A stretch of 62,236 nucleotides of DNA, the filler included, from Choristocarpus tenellus KU-1152 (taxonomy: Eukaryota > Protista > Phaeophyceae): the NCBI GenBank assembly GCA_964200185.2. It is 13 parts of 13 records of this genome, joined end to end, with 100 filler letters (N's around TTAATTAATTAA, not from the genome) between each part and the next. Parts side by side here need not be neighbours in the genome. Positions count along the whole stretch, not along the records: positions 10,482 to 13,681 come from CAXNAD020021596.1; positions 13,782 to 21,965 come from CAXNAD020005034.1; positions 22,066 to 25,921 come from CAXNAD020017547.1; 10 more parts are not named here. One strand, given 5' to 3'. Positions 12,020 through 25,480 of the stretch are shown here, in pieces; position 1 is the first letter of the stretch; each line of letters begins with the position of its first letter. Below the pieces are notes generated by a model that had not been told where the DNA came from, did not search any database, and worked only from the letters and a program-made list of their open reading frames with translations. Position numbers and translations under genes: made by a program.

Positions 12020-15000
12020 GGATGACTTTCCCAGAACAGGTGCATGACGAGGTTTGAGAGTCTTACAAATATTACTATTGTTATCATTAATAATAATATT
12101 GTGCTACCAGTGTGGCACAACTTCAACCAGATATTTTTAAAAATTAACCATCAACTCTAGAAACCCTATAAACAGTAGTAAAAATAACATTTATATTAAA
12201 AAAAATGAGTCACACACCAGGCATACAAATCGTTTCCCTGACACAAAGGAATCTGATAACCCTTCCAATATATATATTTATAAATTGAACCTGAAAGTGG
12301 TTAACCTATCTCACCAACTGAAAACCTTGGACCAATAAGCAAACAACAATCACACACGTTACACTCAAAGTCTGACAAAACACGACACCCACTTGTCTCC
12401 TCCATCTGACTAGGCCCTCATGGGTAGAATTGGAAACCAAGAAAGACCCAAGTGAACTCTGCAGAAAAAAAATAAAAAATAAAAAATAAAAAATAAGAAA
12501 AAAGAAAGATGTGCACCTCAACTCATAGCTCCCAAGAGTCTGCAGCACATCTTCTGTCGTTGTCCCAAGTCCTACCAAACAACAAGCACTAACAACTCCC
12601 ACCACAAGAACTTTCCATTTCAAACTTTCCATTTTGCAGACCAAGTCTTGATTGAGGCTTGCTTCATCTCCACGCGAACAGAGAATTGCTCAAACATTAC
12701 CTTTTTTTTTCTTTTTTTTTCTTTTTTTAAACGCAGAAAAACAAAAATAAAATTTGACTCACTCAAATGCGACCTGTAATTCCCAAACAAATGTAGGAAT
12801 CATCTTCTTTTTCTTAGTTTTTTGTCACCATTTTTTTTTCTTTCTTTCCAAAAGTGTAGAGTTCCGCAACAAACGATTTTTTTTTTTTCAGTTTTTTACT
12901 CACTCAACAAGGACAAGAGCAACACCCAACAATTCGATCAGGTCCTTTTAATGCATCGGAGTGAACTACCTAGCACCATTTCACTTTTTACTTTTAAAAC
13001 CTCAGTAGAACAAACACTTTATGAACTTTGATTTGAATACAAATGTGAGAATTATAATTCAAACTAGCCTCTCACACCGATTGGCTGGTAACTTGAAAAA
13101 GATGGGAGTGCGCAAAATAGGACAACAGGAAGGTGTACCCTATTTTGTGTATGCGAGATCATTGCGTTGGATTGAGTCCATGTGATGCAACTAATTAGAT
13201 AGTACATGCGAATTATGTATGGAGTTTGGTATGGCAATTAAACTACTAGTACATAGCCATTGACTTACTTACATATGAGACACAAATAATAATAAACAAA
13301 CAATAGAAGACACCCCACAAGGTCACTCCTTTAATTTCATCCACCATTCTTTTGACATTCAGTAAAGGGGGTCGTGCGAGGCTCCATACCTTCCTGTCTT
13401 CACTACTAATCAATGATCAAATAGCAATACCTTCAAAGGTTAACTGCACACAACCAACCTCTGCATAGTTCATAACGTGTCCACAGAAAGAAAGCACACA
13501 CTATTCAAAACAATACACCTTAGAACAATACACCTCAACCCACCACATGCAAAACAAAAATAAAAACACTGCATGGAAGTCACCTTGTTCCAACCCGAAA
13601 ATCATATACCCCCCACCCCCCCCCCCCCCCCCCCCCAAAAAAAAACCCCAACCCGCAACAACAGACAAATCCCTCAAACCCNNNNNNNNNNNNNNNNNNN
13701 NNNNNNNNNNNNNNNNNNNNNNNNNTTAATTAATTAANNNNNNNNNNNNNNNNNNNNNNNNNNNNNNNNNNNNNNNNNNNNTGCAGGGGGGGTGAGGGGG
13801 GGTCCGCACATAATAACAGCAACCCAAACAAACAAATGGCTCCGGGGGGGGGGGGCGGGGGGGGGGGGGGGGGGGGGGGGATCAGGGCACAAGCGGCTAC
13901 CAGACTGGGAAAGCAGGGATAACAGGGGGAGGCAGAGGCATCGAAGGATGTATTAGATAGTGAAATGAGGGAAGGTAGAAGGGAAGGGCAATGCTTGATA
14001 TTTCTATTCATGCTAAGCACTTTTCACTGCTGCTATGACTCTAGGGAGAAGGCAAAGGGTAGGGCTCGGTAACATGGGAGGAATGAAGGATGTGAGGGTG
14101 TCATGATTTACAGGAGTGTGTGTTCCTTATTCGTGTGTATGGTTATGATTGAAATTGTCTGTGGAGTGTATATGTATTGTGTGAAAGGACTGAGCATTCT
14201 ACTCAGAGTATTCTGGTAAGTGAAGATCAAAAACTGCTGTGTAATGATGATTGCACTTTAATCTACCATAATATTGAGTTCTTTGGAGAGTGCAATGGTG
14301 CAGTGCTCTCCAATGTTGCATCTGCAGTATGGCAATGAACATTTTGCTGCCCAGTCAACCATCAGGAACTTAAATAATAAAACAAAAGTATTTTGTGGAG
14401 GGAGCACTTTCTCACTTTGTTTCTCATTTCTTGCTCCCTAATCCTTTGGCTGCCTGCAGTGCTGGCATTTGAATGTCGGCAATGACAGCTACACATACAG
14501 CACTGACTGTGAAAGGGTATTCAAGGTTTACATACACTTCCCAACTGTGAAATGTTGGAAGGAAAACTTTGAAGAGGCATGTTGCAGCACTTTTTTGTTA
14601 GTCATAGTACTTAATTATCCTAGACGATCATCCCCACCGAGCTCTGCTGTGTGTTTTGGTTCATTCCGGCAAAGGGCAGTGCTGAAGTAGGGGTAGGATA
14701 AGGCGGTATAAACTTTGGGATCCCTGTTGTTGATGGGAATAGCGCCCTCTCTCCTGGTCCTTGTCTGACCACATTGGACTCAACTGGGTTAGGTCAAGAT
14801 TCCGTGCAAGACAAGTTTGTCGTGCTGTGTACCTAGAGCACACAAGGTTCCAGAACGTGTGAGTACTCCCGCGTGTATGGCAACCTTTTGTTGAGCTCTG
14901 CTGGAGTATGATACACGTTCATGTAGATCGTTACTAAATAGGAAATGATGTCACATGCGTGCAACTATGTAGTGTCCACCCACGTCAGTGGCATGCATAC

Positions 15001-15176
15001 TACAACACAATACAGCCACTAAAGGGTCCTGAAACAGATGTTGTGGTGTCAATATCTTAAGCAAACTCCAAGAATGATAGCAGCGCATCCATTTCTTAAC
15101 TCCAATCCTACATACTGGAGTAAAAGTAAGGTCTCCCCACCCCCTTCCTTCCATTAGAAGTGTTCCCCTTTGACCA

Positions 15177-16166
15177 TCATGCCATGACGAAGATCCTTGC
15201 GGTAATATCGTTAACAGTCCAATCTACACCATCTGCCAGTCCCTCCCCAGTGACGGCGCTGCACCCCACGATACTCCAATGTCGCGTGGAGAAGCGCTCT
15301 GACTCTAGGCACAACGCCTTAGATATCTCCTCAGCACTTAATGCTCCTGCAAGATCCTGCTTGTTGGCAAAGACCAGGAGTGATGCCCCGGCGAGTTTCT
15401 TCCCATGAGTAGAGTCGTCAATTGTGGAGGGGGGGAAGAAGGGCTTAGAACAAAACAGGTTAGGGTGTTGGAGTATCCAAAAAGATATGGTGATAATAAT
15501 CGCAAGTCCTACTGCATGGTTATCCGACTTCCTTAGGCCGAATGGGATTATATGCACCTCTTGGCAAAGCAAGTCGTGTAACTCCCGTTTGCAGTCCTCC
15601 AGTCGACCACGATCGGCGCTATCCACAACCCAGATCAGTCCATCAGTCTGAATGTGAGGGGGGAGGGAGCGAGCTTCAATGATAATGTGAAATGGATCGT
15701 GTGTCATGCATGGGTAGGCACAAATAGAGAGAATAATCGGTTGTGATTCTCGCCTGCTCGAAATAGTTTCTCCAATACGATCTGATGGTCTGCTGTCCTC
15801 CGACGTCCCATACGTTGAGCGTGTAGCCCTTGTATTCGAAGGTCTTTATGTTGAACCCAAGGGTTGGTTCGATTGTATGGATATCGTCGCCGTTGAACTT
15901 CTTCACGATCGTTGTTTTTCCCGCATTATCTAGACCCCTGTAACGCACACATCATAAATAAAAACACATCGGCCTTGCAGTAGTTTTTGAGTATCGCACT
16001 GGAGGTACCAAGGATGTATTAGGCCCTGACCAAACCTCCAAGATTTGTTGTCAGAAAGAGGATGGGAGCGCAGAGCGGTTGATCTATACTAAGTAACTCA
16101 CACTATCAAAAGGCGGACTTCCTTTTCCTTCTGCTTGACCTTCTTCAGGATACTAAGGAGGCCCAT
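15177..16166 (-). CDS. ARL2: ADP-ribosylation factor-like GTPase 2, complete, 186 aa; exons 16166-16102, 15937-15754, 15647-15558, 15398-15177
   Basis: [38 protein letters not shown]...[31 protein letters not shown].../[15 protein letters not shown]...CSAVTGEGL...RIFVMA*. All G-box motifs and the ARL2-type sequence are present; exon lengths sum to 561 nt. Confidence 0.96.
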
Positions 16167-16360
16167 CTCGTCCTGTTGCTGATTTCATCTGAAGAAGGAT
16201 GGTTGTTTAATGTTGTTGTAGTTTAAATTCGACCGACGTTCCCAACAAAACATCAACTCCTTAGATCTTTCCACTTCTAAGCGTGTATAGGTTCCTACAA
16301 TATGGAGATAGGCGTGGAATCGTTCTTTCCTGTGATAGGGTGAAGGAGAATCTCCAATCA
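16167..16360. promoter_or_regulatory. Putative bidirectional promoter
   Basis: Only 194 bp separate the divergent ATGs of ARL2 (16166) and the UPF0489 gene (16361); positional inference only. Confidence 0.55.
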
Positions 16361-19300
16361 ATGGCAGTACTTCTTCCTCGCAAACGACACTGCTTGAAGA
16401 CCTCAATCAAGGATGAGCTTCCTTGCTTCATTGTTGACGACCACAACGATGTCCTTCCTCATATACATAAAGCGATAAGGCAACGCATTTTGCCGGAGTC
16501 GGGCCTCCGAATGATGCACTGGGATGCGCATCCCGACTTAATGGTAACACCGGACATGCCGGCAGAGGTATGCTTCAGGCCGTACGACTTGTACCAGGCC
16601 CTGGACGAATCTGAAGCAGGAATTGCCGAGTGGATCCTTCCCCTGGTGTACGAAGGACACCTCGAGGAGCTCTGGTGGATACGGCCGCCCTGGGCTGATC
16701 AGATGAGCGACGGTCATCACAGGTGACCAAGAGATAGGAGCAATGTGTTAATACACAGTATGTTCAGGAATAGCTTTGCACCCTCGATGGGGGAATCCAT
16801 ACACACAGTGTGGTTAGATGCCTCTACACCGATGTACTCCTCGGTGCTGGCTACCTTAACAGTCAAGCTGACCCCATTATTCCACCAGAATACAATCTGT
16901 CCGCTTGCAGGACTTCACGTCTCTGGCCGACCTTGAACAAAGGAGACAGGAGATCTTGGCTGATGTTGCCCCACTCCTCGTGTCACCCCAACAACACAAT
17001 CAAGCTACCCAACCGCTGCAATGCCTGCTTTTTCCTTTACCTAACCATCACAACTCGCCACAGGTTCGGAGTGGGCCGGGTCGATGCCACAGGATTCTTA
17101 AGGGTGACCAGCACTGCTCCGTACTATGTGGATGAGAGACTCTTCTGCAAGGCAGAGGGTATGGGGAATATAAAGCCCTTAGACCTGCACGTCAGTCTCG
17201 TACCACCAAGGCTAGGTTCAGATGCGGATGAAGAAATAAAGTCAGGGGAAGGGATTGCACCAGGCCCAGCAGTTACTGGAGGCAAGGGCACGCCCTCTTA
17301 CCAGGCTGAAGCAGTGGAAGCCTTATTAACTGATCCCTGGGTACTTGACATATGCCTTGTGAGAATGGGTAACTTGTAACTCTGTAAAGGTGCTGCGATA
17401 TTTTTGGGGGCAGGGGGCAAGCTTGCTGAGGTTGTTGTATCTTTCCCTCAAAATATCTGCAGTGATTTGCGGATGTGTCAATTGGGGGCCGGTTGTCGAG
17501 GAGAACTTTGACGACTGAAAAGGACCACCCACCCGTCACTTTTCATTCTGCACTGTTGACCACCCTTTTCCATCCACAATTCTTCTGTGAAGTACAACCT
17601 ATTTGGGGTAAGTGACCGATTACCATCAATGTCATGCTTCTTACTGGAAACCCCTTCTTTGCCTTGATGGCTGAGTAATTCCTTCCTTTTGTACTATCCT
17701 CCTTACAACATGGATGTGCCTTGCTAGGGCTAGGGTTCCCCTTGCATCTAAATCTTCAGACTTGGCCACTAGAGGAGTGTTGTTGTAGCGGTAAGCATTT
17801 CCACCTAGACTCTGAATATTTCGGTACATGTCTTGAAAGAACCAAATACTCTTACTGTGAATACTGGACAGACACAGATGAAGAGGCATGACCCTTGAGA
17901 AAGGAGGAACAATGTGCATCTATCCCTCTCTTCAATAAACATGCCATGCTGACATTTGTGGAGGTTTGTAGTGTCTGTGCCCTCCAAATTATGTTTCTTT
18001 TATTCTCACAGCAGCCCAAACTCTTTGCCTGACACGAAAAAAAAGTCCCAATGACCTGCCCGAGACTAGACTCAGGCGAGGGGCCTGAGACACTTTATCT
18101 ACCGCTATTGAACCATTGTCGAAGACAATTTTGTAAAACCATACTAATTATGATAACCTGTGTTGGCGTCAGCATCATTGTCCTAAATCCACGACCCATA
18201 CTAACCTCTCTAGTTTTCACTCCAAAGTAGATCAAATGGGGTGATCCCGCTGTAAACAGTGGTGGGGTTGTCGAGTGGCCACTCGTTGACAATCCCTTCC
18301 ATCCAGAGCACCAAAAGTTTTGGTCGCAGGCTACCCCTATCATATTGCGGCCTAAGTTTTGATTTCAGTGTCTAAGACGTTGTACCAGACCCCACCATTT
18401 CTTTTTGTGCAAGTGTCCAAGGTAAAGAATTGGTGTACACCTTTTATTGACCATCAGTATATGCCCCATTGCCTGAAAGTAGAGTTGGCATATTTTTCTG
18501 GTCGTTTCTTGACCCTGTCTCTTTCAGGATAGCATTTTGCAATGACTCAAAATTCAATGAATGCCCCTTACCCCATTATACATGGCGCTTGTCACATTCT
18601 GTATGTTGATGTGTCCTTTTTTGTTTTAGAGCCACCGGCCATCAGCCCCACCTCCATAAGACCAAAAAGTCGCTAATAACGTTTTTGATGGGTAATCATT
18701 TCTAGCCAAGGGACAGCATGATCATCTATTGTAAATGTTCGACAAAGCTATGTTCAAGGCGAGTGAGATGTTGCCTTACCACTGCAGGGTGGTTTGTTGA
18801 GGAGGACACCCACCCAAATTGGCAAGGCGTGCACTTCTGTGGGTTGCCCTGCTGAATTGCTTACCCCTTCATCGGTAGAGATGACATTCCTTGGATATTG
18901 CCTTTGGCTACCCCTTCCCAAATTGTGATGGGAATGAAGGATGAATAACCTCCTCCAGTATAATATTGATTGTGTTCCTTGTAGCACAGAGGCGCACAAA
19001 CAGGACAGCAGTAGAATAGCAATGGAAAATCCAATAGATTTCAATATGGAGGCGTATGTATTAATGATCTGGAGCATCTTTGTAAAGCAGGGGATGGTTG
19101 ATTTAAGCACTGACTAGAACATCAACTTCCTTGATCTGCCCTTTCACCCCATCCCTCCCTTACCTTACCCCCCCAACCCACCAATGCTGTTTGTGTGATC
19201 TGCAGGACTACTTCACAACAGTAAACCCTTTCATGACGGAGTTGGACAGAAAGTGGGGGGAAAACAGCCAGGATGCTAAAATTGTTCGTGAGGTGTATGG

Positions 19301-19985
19301 GAAGCCACTGTTCCGAGGGGCTGACACTCCTTTACCCCACGCCACTCAGGTTGAGCATGAGCTGATATTTACACAGGCAGTGGAGCTCCTGATGAAATTC
19401 GGTGAAGAGGAGGGGGGGGATAGGGCTACAGTTGGTCAGAAGCATGCATTTGCTTCTTCCTCATTGACAACATCTACAGGGGAAGCTGTCATAGAGGCGC
19501 CACTGGAGGCAATGATGGGTTCTTCTGAGGGACTTGAACGTTTGGCTGGATTGTACAGAGATGTAGAGGAGGGCCGACGATTGGCAAGAGCGTTTTCAGA
19601 CATGCTGAGACGAATGAACAAGGAAGAACGAGATATGGTACAGTGGGTGGGGCACTGCTCATTACTCCCCCATCACATTGCCTCGAGGGAGGATGTGACT
19701 ACAGCTGTTCGCCGGACTGAGGTTTGCCTGCGGTCCCTGCTGGTACAACAGCAGGGACCGCAGGTGGGAAAGTTCAAGGGAAGTACAGACAACATGGATG
19801 GGAGGAGTAGGGGATATGGGGGATGGCCAGGTCTGGTGACAATTGCCCGTTCAGAGGGTGATGGGTACCTTCCTGTAGACATGGCAGAATTTGTTGAGTT
19901 AGAGGTGCTGTCAATGTTGAAGAGGGTATATGGGAAGGATCGGTTAAGGGTTTCCTACAATGAGGGGTTGAAGCAGGCGGTGTAG
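16361..19985 (+). CDS. UPF0489 (C5orf22-like) protein, complete, 478 aa; exons 16361-16722, 17064-17358, 19206-19985
   Basis: Motifs 'IVDDHNDVL', 'HWDAHPDL', '[21 protein letters not shown]', '[15 protein letters not shown]', 'LPHH' and '[13 protein letters not shown]' occur in the UPF0489 order. GT-AG junctions are phase-consistent. Confidence 0.88.
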
Positions 19986-20725
19986 CGTGGTGGTCTTACG
20001 GCCAGTTCATGGACATTAACTCCTTGGTAATTTGCCATTGGATCGCCATTAAACATCAAGATGAATTTTTCTTGTGGGCCCACCTTCTAGTGGCGAAGCT
20101 ATATGTGGCGTTGTGCATTTGCTCTATAAATGTGGTCATCCTTGTGCTCCTTTTATGGTAGATAGCTTCCTTGTGTTGTGTTGGTGTTGTGTTGGTGTAC
20201 TGTTGCTGTGGCTAGAGATTCTTGTTGATATGTAGTTGTATTGATGTTAAACAGGTTTTTATTTGTACAACTCAATGTATTGAACTAGTGTTGATGTTAA
20301 ATATCAAAGTAGAGGTAAATAGTGAGTGATGAGATGTCTTACTTCGGAGGCGATGACCTATGTTGGGCACGTGAACAGTGGTACCTGACAAAATGACGAG
20401 AGCTGATCAGTAAATCTTTAACCAAGCATAAAACATACTTGAGGTTTGCTGCAAGTCTCTCATTGAAGCCCAGGCTCTGCCAAACCATCTTTGAGAAAAA
20501 AACAGCCCGCCACTACTGCTGTATTGCCATGCAAGTGCTGACCAGGGCTACCAAGGCCTGACGGCAGCACTTCATATCAGTAACCAACAGGAGAGATCCT
20601 GGATTTTTTCCTACACCCAAAACAAACCTGCAAAGCACAACTCTAGGGCCAGTGCTAGATATTATGCTACTGTCAAGCCTTTGAACAAGATACTTCCACA
20701 ACGTGCTCTTTTTGTCAGCATAGTT

Positions 20726-21007
20726 GGCCCATAGTATCCTAGAGGGTGTGGCGGGGGCTTAACCCAGGTCCCCAGGTCATCCATTTGAGGGTTGATGGGG
20801 TGTTTCAAAAAACACCAATTTGATGCCCGTTTGAGGGTGATTTTCCTTTGGATTTGGTCCAGGAAGGGGGGTGGAAAATGAAGCTGCATCCAGATGAAGG
20901 ATATTGCCCTTATATACGACATGTTCTCTCAAATGACATGAAAAACACTACAGGTTAACAAAGACCTCAATTGGACGCCTGATTCACCCTCTACAACATT
21001 ATGGGCT
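20726..21007. mobile_element. MITE, 282-bp subfamily C (related termini)
   Basis: GGCCCATAGTATCCTAGAGGGTG...CACCCTCTACAACATTATGGGCT, flanked by GTT/GTT. Confidence 0.75.
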
Positions 21008-21268
21008 GTTCAGCACAGCCTCTCCAAACCAAGAAACCGCGCACTTAAGGCCTTCCCCTCTCACCAGAATGGCTGTTGACTTTCCTCCTCGACCCTTACA
21101 GTCCCAGCCTGTCTCCTTGATTTTCCAAATGGTCACATCTCATTGAAGTGCATCTCCTCCCTCAATTCCATCATATTATTAAGTTCTCCCCTTCACTCCT
21201 GCTTCTCTATGCTGTTTCACCTCTCTTTGATGTGGCTGCCCCCGTCGCTCAACAAACAAAAATCACGT

Positions 21269-21517
21269 GAGTGAAAGTATCTTTGAGGGTATGAGTTTTT
21301 CCCAGTGTGTCCATTTGGGGCTTGGCTTCCCTTGGGTTTTTTTATGACATTTTTCTTGTCCAAATATTTCGGAATAGGTATAATGTGTACGTTATGGAAA
21401 GGTGTCCGGAACAAGGATATTGACACTTCCTAACAAACACGATAGCCAATCAAAATCGCAACATTGGATTTTGGTCCCCAAATGGACGCGGCTCTACCCT
21501 CTAAGATGCTTTGGCTC
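21269..21517. mobile_element. MITE, subfamily A
   Basis: GAGTGAAAGTATCT...AGATGCTTTGGCTC; aligns end to end with 5677-5935; flanked by CGT/CGT. Confidence 0.9.
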
Positions 21518-22065
21518 CGTTTGTGTGTGAGGGTAAATGTTGGACATGCGCATGTTGACCATGCTACCCCCTTCCTCCCCTGTGTTTCCTTCCATGTTAC
21601 CTACCGCTGTGTGTTAACTGCGAGTATTGCCGCTCAAGTCACCTGTTCGTATCTTGCCCAAACTTGAGTTTTGAGACGGATAGAGCACGGTATTGGATAC
21701 GTTCAAAGTTTTCAACGATCACTCCCTTGTGCCTAACTGCAATGGTTGCTGGCGAGTGAGCTGTTAATGTCTTGTGAAAAATGGCGGGTGAAACGGACAG
21801 GAAAATAGTTCAGATTTTTCCGACAGCCTTGCAATTGACACTGTGTGCCGAACTGTGAGTGTTGCTGCCCCAGTCATTCTTTGGCAGGTTATTGCAGATT
21901 TCTGTTTTGAAACTGACATTTGAGGGGGGGGGGTTAGGCCCTTTCGCTGGTGTTGTAACTACTCGNNNNNNNNNNNNNNNNNNNNNNNNNNNNNNNNNNN
22001 NNNNNNNNNTTAATTAATTAANNNNNNNNNNNNNNNNNNNNNNNNNNNNNNNNNNNNNNNNNNNN

Positions 22066-22228
22066 GGGGGGTGGCAGCTGTCCATTCGGGGCCTATTTTT
22101 TATATGTCATGATTTTTGGGTGATTTGGTTACATGTGTTGGATGGATAATGTAAGTGCACTTTTCCTGGTCAGGGCCCAAATGGACACCCTGACGTAGTC
22201 ACCCCCCTCCCCCCAGATACTTTGAGTC
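22066..22228. mobile_element. MITE, ~180-bp subfamily B, one end cut by the contig boundary
   Basis: Reverse-complement homologue of 52771-52949; ends ...CCCCAGATACTTTGAGTC. Confidence 0.85.
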
Positions 22229-24849
22229 ATATCCATGCTATTGAGCGGCATTCGCTACCAATTTTTCGGACTCTGTCTCTAGTCCCGCATAACACCATGA
22301 GAGAGTGGGTGCAAAACTAATATGACAACCTAATACTACTAGTTGTACCTGTTTGACAGCTTCCGGTACATCATAAAGACACGCGCCATTTGGTTGAGGT
22401 GGGCGCCAATCTTCCCGAGAGAAATAGGTGAGGTCTCCATTCCAAAGGAAGAGACCCCATCCAGCAGAACGGAGGCGGAATCCTTCAGCTCGTAGAAAGA
22501 CCGACCAAGGTTTATCCAATACGCAGATGGCGAATCGGACGTGAGTTCCTGAGGTTTCAGTGGTGAACGCGCGTGAAAAAGGAACTGTGTTAAGGTTCAC
22601 TGGATATGCTCTGTGGGTTGCTGTGGTGCGTTCATTTTAGATCAGGAGAGATAATACGAGGCGATCCATATTTTTATCCCCTACGAGCAGTTTTATGTCC
22701 GATGTTATTAGGTAGTGAAGCAGGTCACTCAAGAAAATGTAGAAAAATGATAACTTGATCACCTGCTGACCCCATGAGGTTTGTTCTACTGAACAATGAT
22801 GCTGCCTGTCACGGACGGGTGAGTAGGATGGCACTCTCTCGGTACCTTCTCTCCTATCAAACCTCTGAGAATTTGATGGTATAGAGGAGGCGCCCCTTAT
22901 TGGAGACTTACTCATGCAGTCCTGCCTACGTTCTATGAGGTTGCCCCGTGTCATGTCTACCAAGCCAACTGAACAATGACTTGACTGCGATTAGAGGTTA
23001 ACGAAGGTAGTTGAAACGATATTGCGACCAGTTCTGCTCACTTGGGAGATAATTCAATACAACACGCCCATACTACCCATGACTGGTGCCACACACGATG
23101 TAGTGGTCATCTCAATGTCGTAAACCCCAATGCATCCTTTTTAGAAAAAATGGAACGGTTACAACTTGAATGAGGGTTTTGTATCTGTCATGTGCGTTCC
23201 GATCAATTGTTGGAACAATCTGCCAATTCCATAACCCTAGAAAGATAGCAAACAATCACCCGCCATCCATGGTCACACCTTGACATTGCTAACTTACCTT
23301 GGATTCAGTGCAACCCCACCGGCAAGCGAGCACATGGCTAGAAAGAGGAGATTCAAGGGAAACAAAGGAAATGGTAATCAGGATAAGCGTGGTGAGGCCC
23401 CTCTCTTCTATGATAGTCGTCTATTAGTAACTTGTTTTTTCGATCAAAGCTGCGTATGGAACAAACTTGCACTTTTTGACATGATTGCCAAAGGGATGTA
23501 GTTCATACCTTCTACCCCTTTGACATCAGCTCTCTTCACGCTTCTTATGAGATATTGCCCGTGGTGAGCTAGTCCCCTATTGGCACCTTGCGGTGTTGAA
23601 ACTGGACTGACTATGATGCTACAAGTCGCACTGTCACAATGGAAGCATCTTTGGGAGATGAATTCTTGACCCATCAGTTCGTGTTCTCTACTCAAATCGA
23701 TCTTTGTACAAGTTATCTCCGTCACCGACCATACTCGTGTTTTTGTCGGTGGTAGAGATATGCTTAACAAGCACTAAAGTGTTGGTTCCTGAGGCGATAG
23801 GTACCACGTTAGCAGAACCTTTCCGAGAAGAAAAGTGCAAGCAACCCTAAACTACAAGAGGGCGGCCACTAGTTAGCGAAGGTGTTATTATGAGCTAATG
23901 GGTGACTTTCAGTTGCGCCCAAAGTAGATTCACAACTCGTGAAGAAATGGGCCGCCTTTTCTCTAGCAAACCAAAGATTGAAGTGACCACACGTGAAGAA
24001 ATGAAAGGTTAACCTTCACATCTCAACTGCACCCTTGAATGCCTTGCTTGTACAAGCTCGTAATGAGGGCAAGAAATGGAATGAGGGTCAAACGGGACAG
24101 GCGGAGTCAGATGGGTATCAGCGATGGGTCTTCAGGAACCCCTCGTTCGAGGCTTACTACCAGGTAGGGATGTGGACGAGTTAGGGAAGGAAGTTCGAGG
24201 AGCAAACGTCGGATCACTTTTCTCTTAGTCATTGGACAGTGATTGATAATATTGACATAGTGATATGCTCCGGTGTTGGTGAAACATCCTTGCTTGGGAC
24301 TCAGGAAAGATGACTTGACAGATGATGCTCGGGCAACGAAAGTCGTGTTGTAGTCACTACAGGGTAGGACATTGGGATCGGAGTGCATTGTATTGGCACC
24401 TTGGGGCGTATTTCCCATCTTGCTTGTCTCTTTGCAGTATCACTATTGTAATGGTACGTCGTTTTTAAATGGTTTGAGGGATGTATGTGCTACTTCGCCA
24501 TTTTGCTCAATTAAGTGATTGAAAGTATGACATATATAATCCCATTGACTACTCTGTTTTGACTTCTTTGGTCTGCTTTAAGAGGACTTCAGGCATGCTT
24601 GAATGTCAGTGCAAGAAGCAGAGGTCAGATGCTTATGGTACCAAAATTGATATGTAGAGAGGGGCCCAATGGTGTTCTTCCTTGAGCTGGCAATGCATGT
24701 TACACATTCGTAAGTAAGGTTTAAGATTGTACTTACAAAAGAAATACAGGAAGTGGGCAGAGGAGATTGCATCTTGTGTTTGCTGAGACTACGGTGGTCT
24801 AACTGCGGGATTATCCCACTCCAACCCACACACTTGCCCCAACACCAGC

Positions 24850-25480
24850 CCTGGTCTTAATGCCTTTCTTGTTTTACCAAACTTGTGTATGTGCTCTTGA
24901 TGGTTCAGGCTATGGGCATTGTGAATGCTGAGGAGTGGCCTGCTTTCATGGCATCGTTGCAGCAACCACTTCCGGCCTGTTTTCGAATACACTTGGACTG
25001 CACCTTCAAGGAGGAGTGAGTGTGATTTGTGTGCTCAGCACTGATACACAATTGTGTTCTGCTAGACTCCTGTTGCCCTTCTGCTGAGCTACTTTATCGA
25101 CCCCTAACCCTCAAAAATAAGGCACTTGTATCCTTCATGAAGAAATTCTGGGCTGGCACAACCCCTCCTTGTCCATTGCACACAGACCTTTATTTTGGTT
25201 GACAGTTGATAACTTAATGACTCTAGTTCTTTCCTGACTTCAACTACGTGCCGCAGTGTAGACCTTGTACTACAGGGTAGTAAGTATTGATCATTAGTAT
25301 TATCGTACCTTGTTTGCAAGGGGCTCCTGCCCCCCGGCCAGACCCATTGCCCAATGACATTGTCCTAACATTTTAAGATGCATCTCTTGTAACTCCAACC
25401 ACTTTTTGGGTCTGGTTCTATATTTGTGTCCCCTATCCCCTCCTTCAACACACACACACACCTGCACACGATTTGCCTCA
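24850..25480 (-). mobile_element. Highly degraded non-LTR retrotransposon remnant (CRE-like, region upstream of the endonuclease)
   Basis: Frameshifted peptides 'NCQ...VVPAQNFF...FLRV...AEG...EGAVQV' resemble the post-RT/zinc-knuckle region of CRE-type elements. Many stops. Confidence 0.35.

Noticed and set aside
11746-12057. ORF with an LTLT repeat, or a true telomere
   Set aside because: Translation of a short degenerate hexamer tract lying mid-contig; not a chromosome end.
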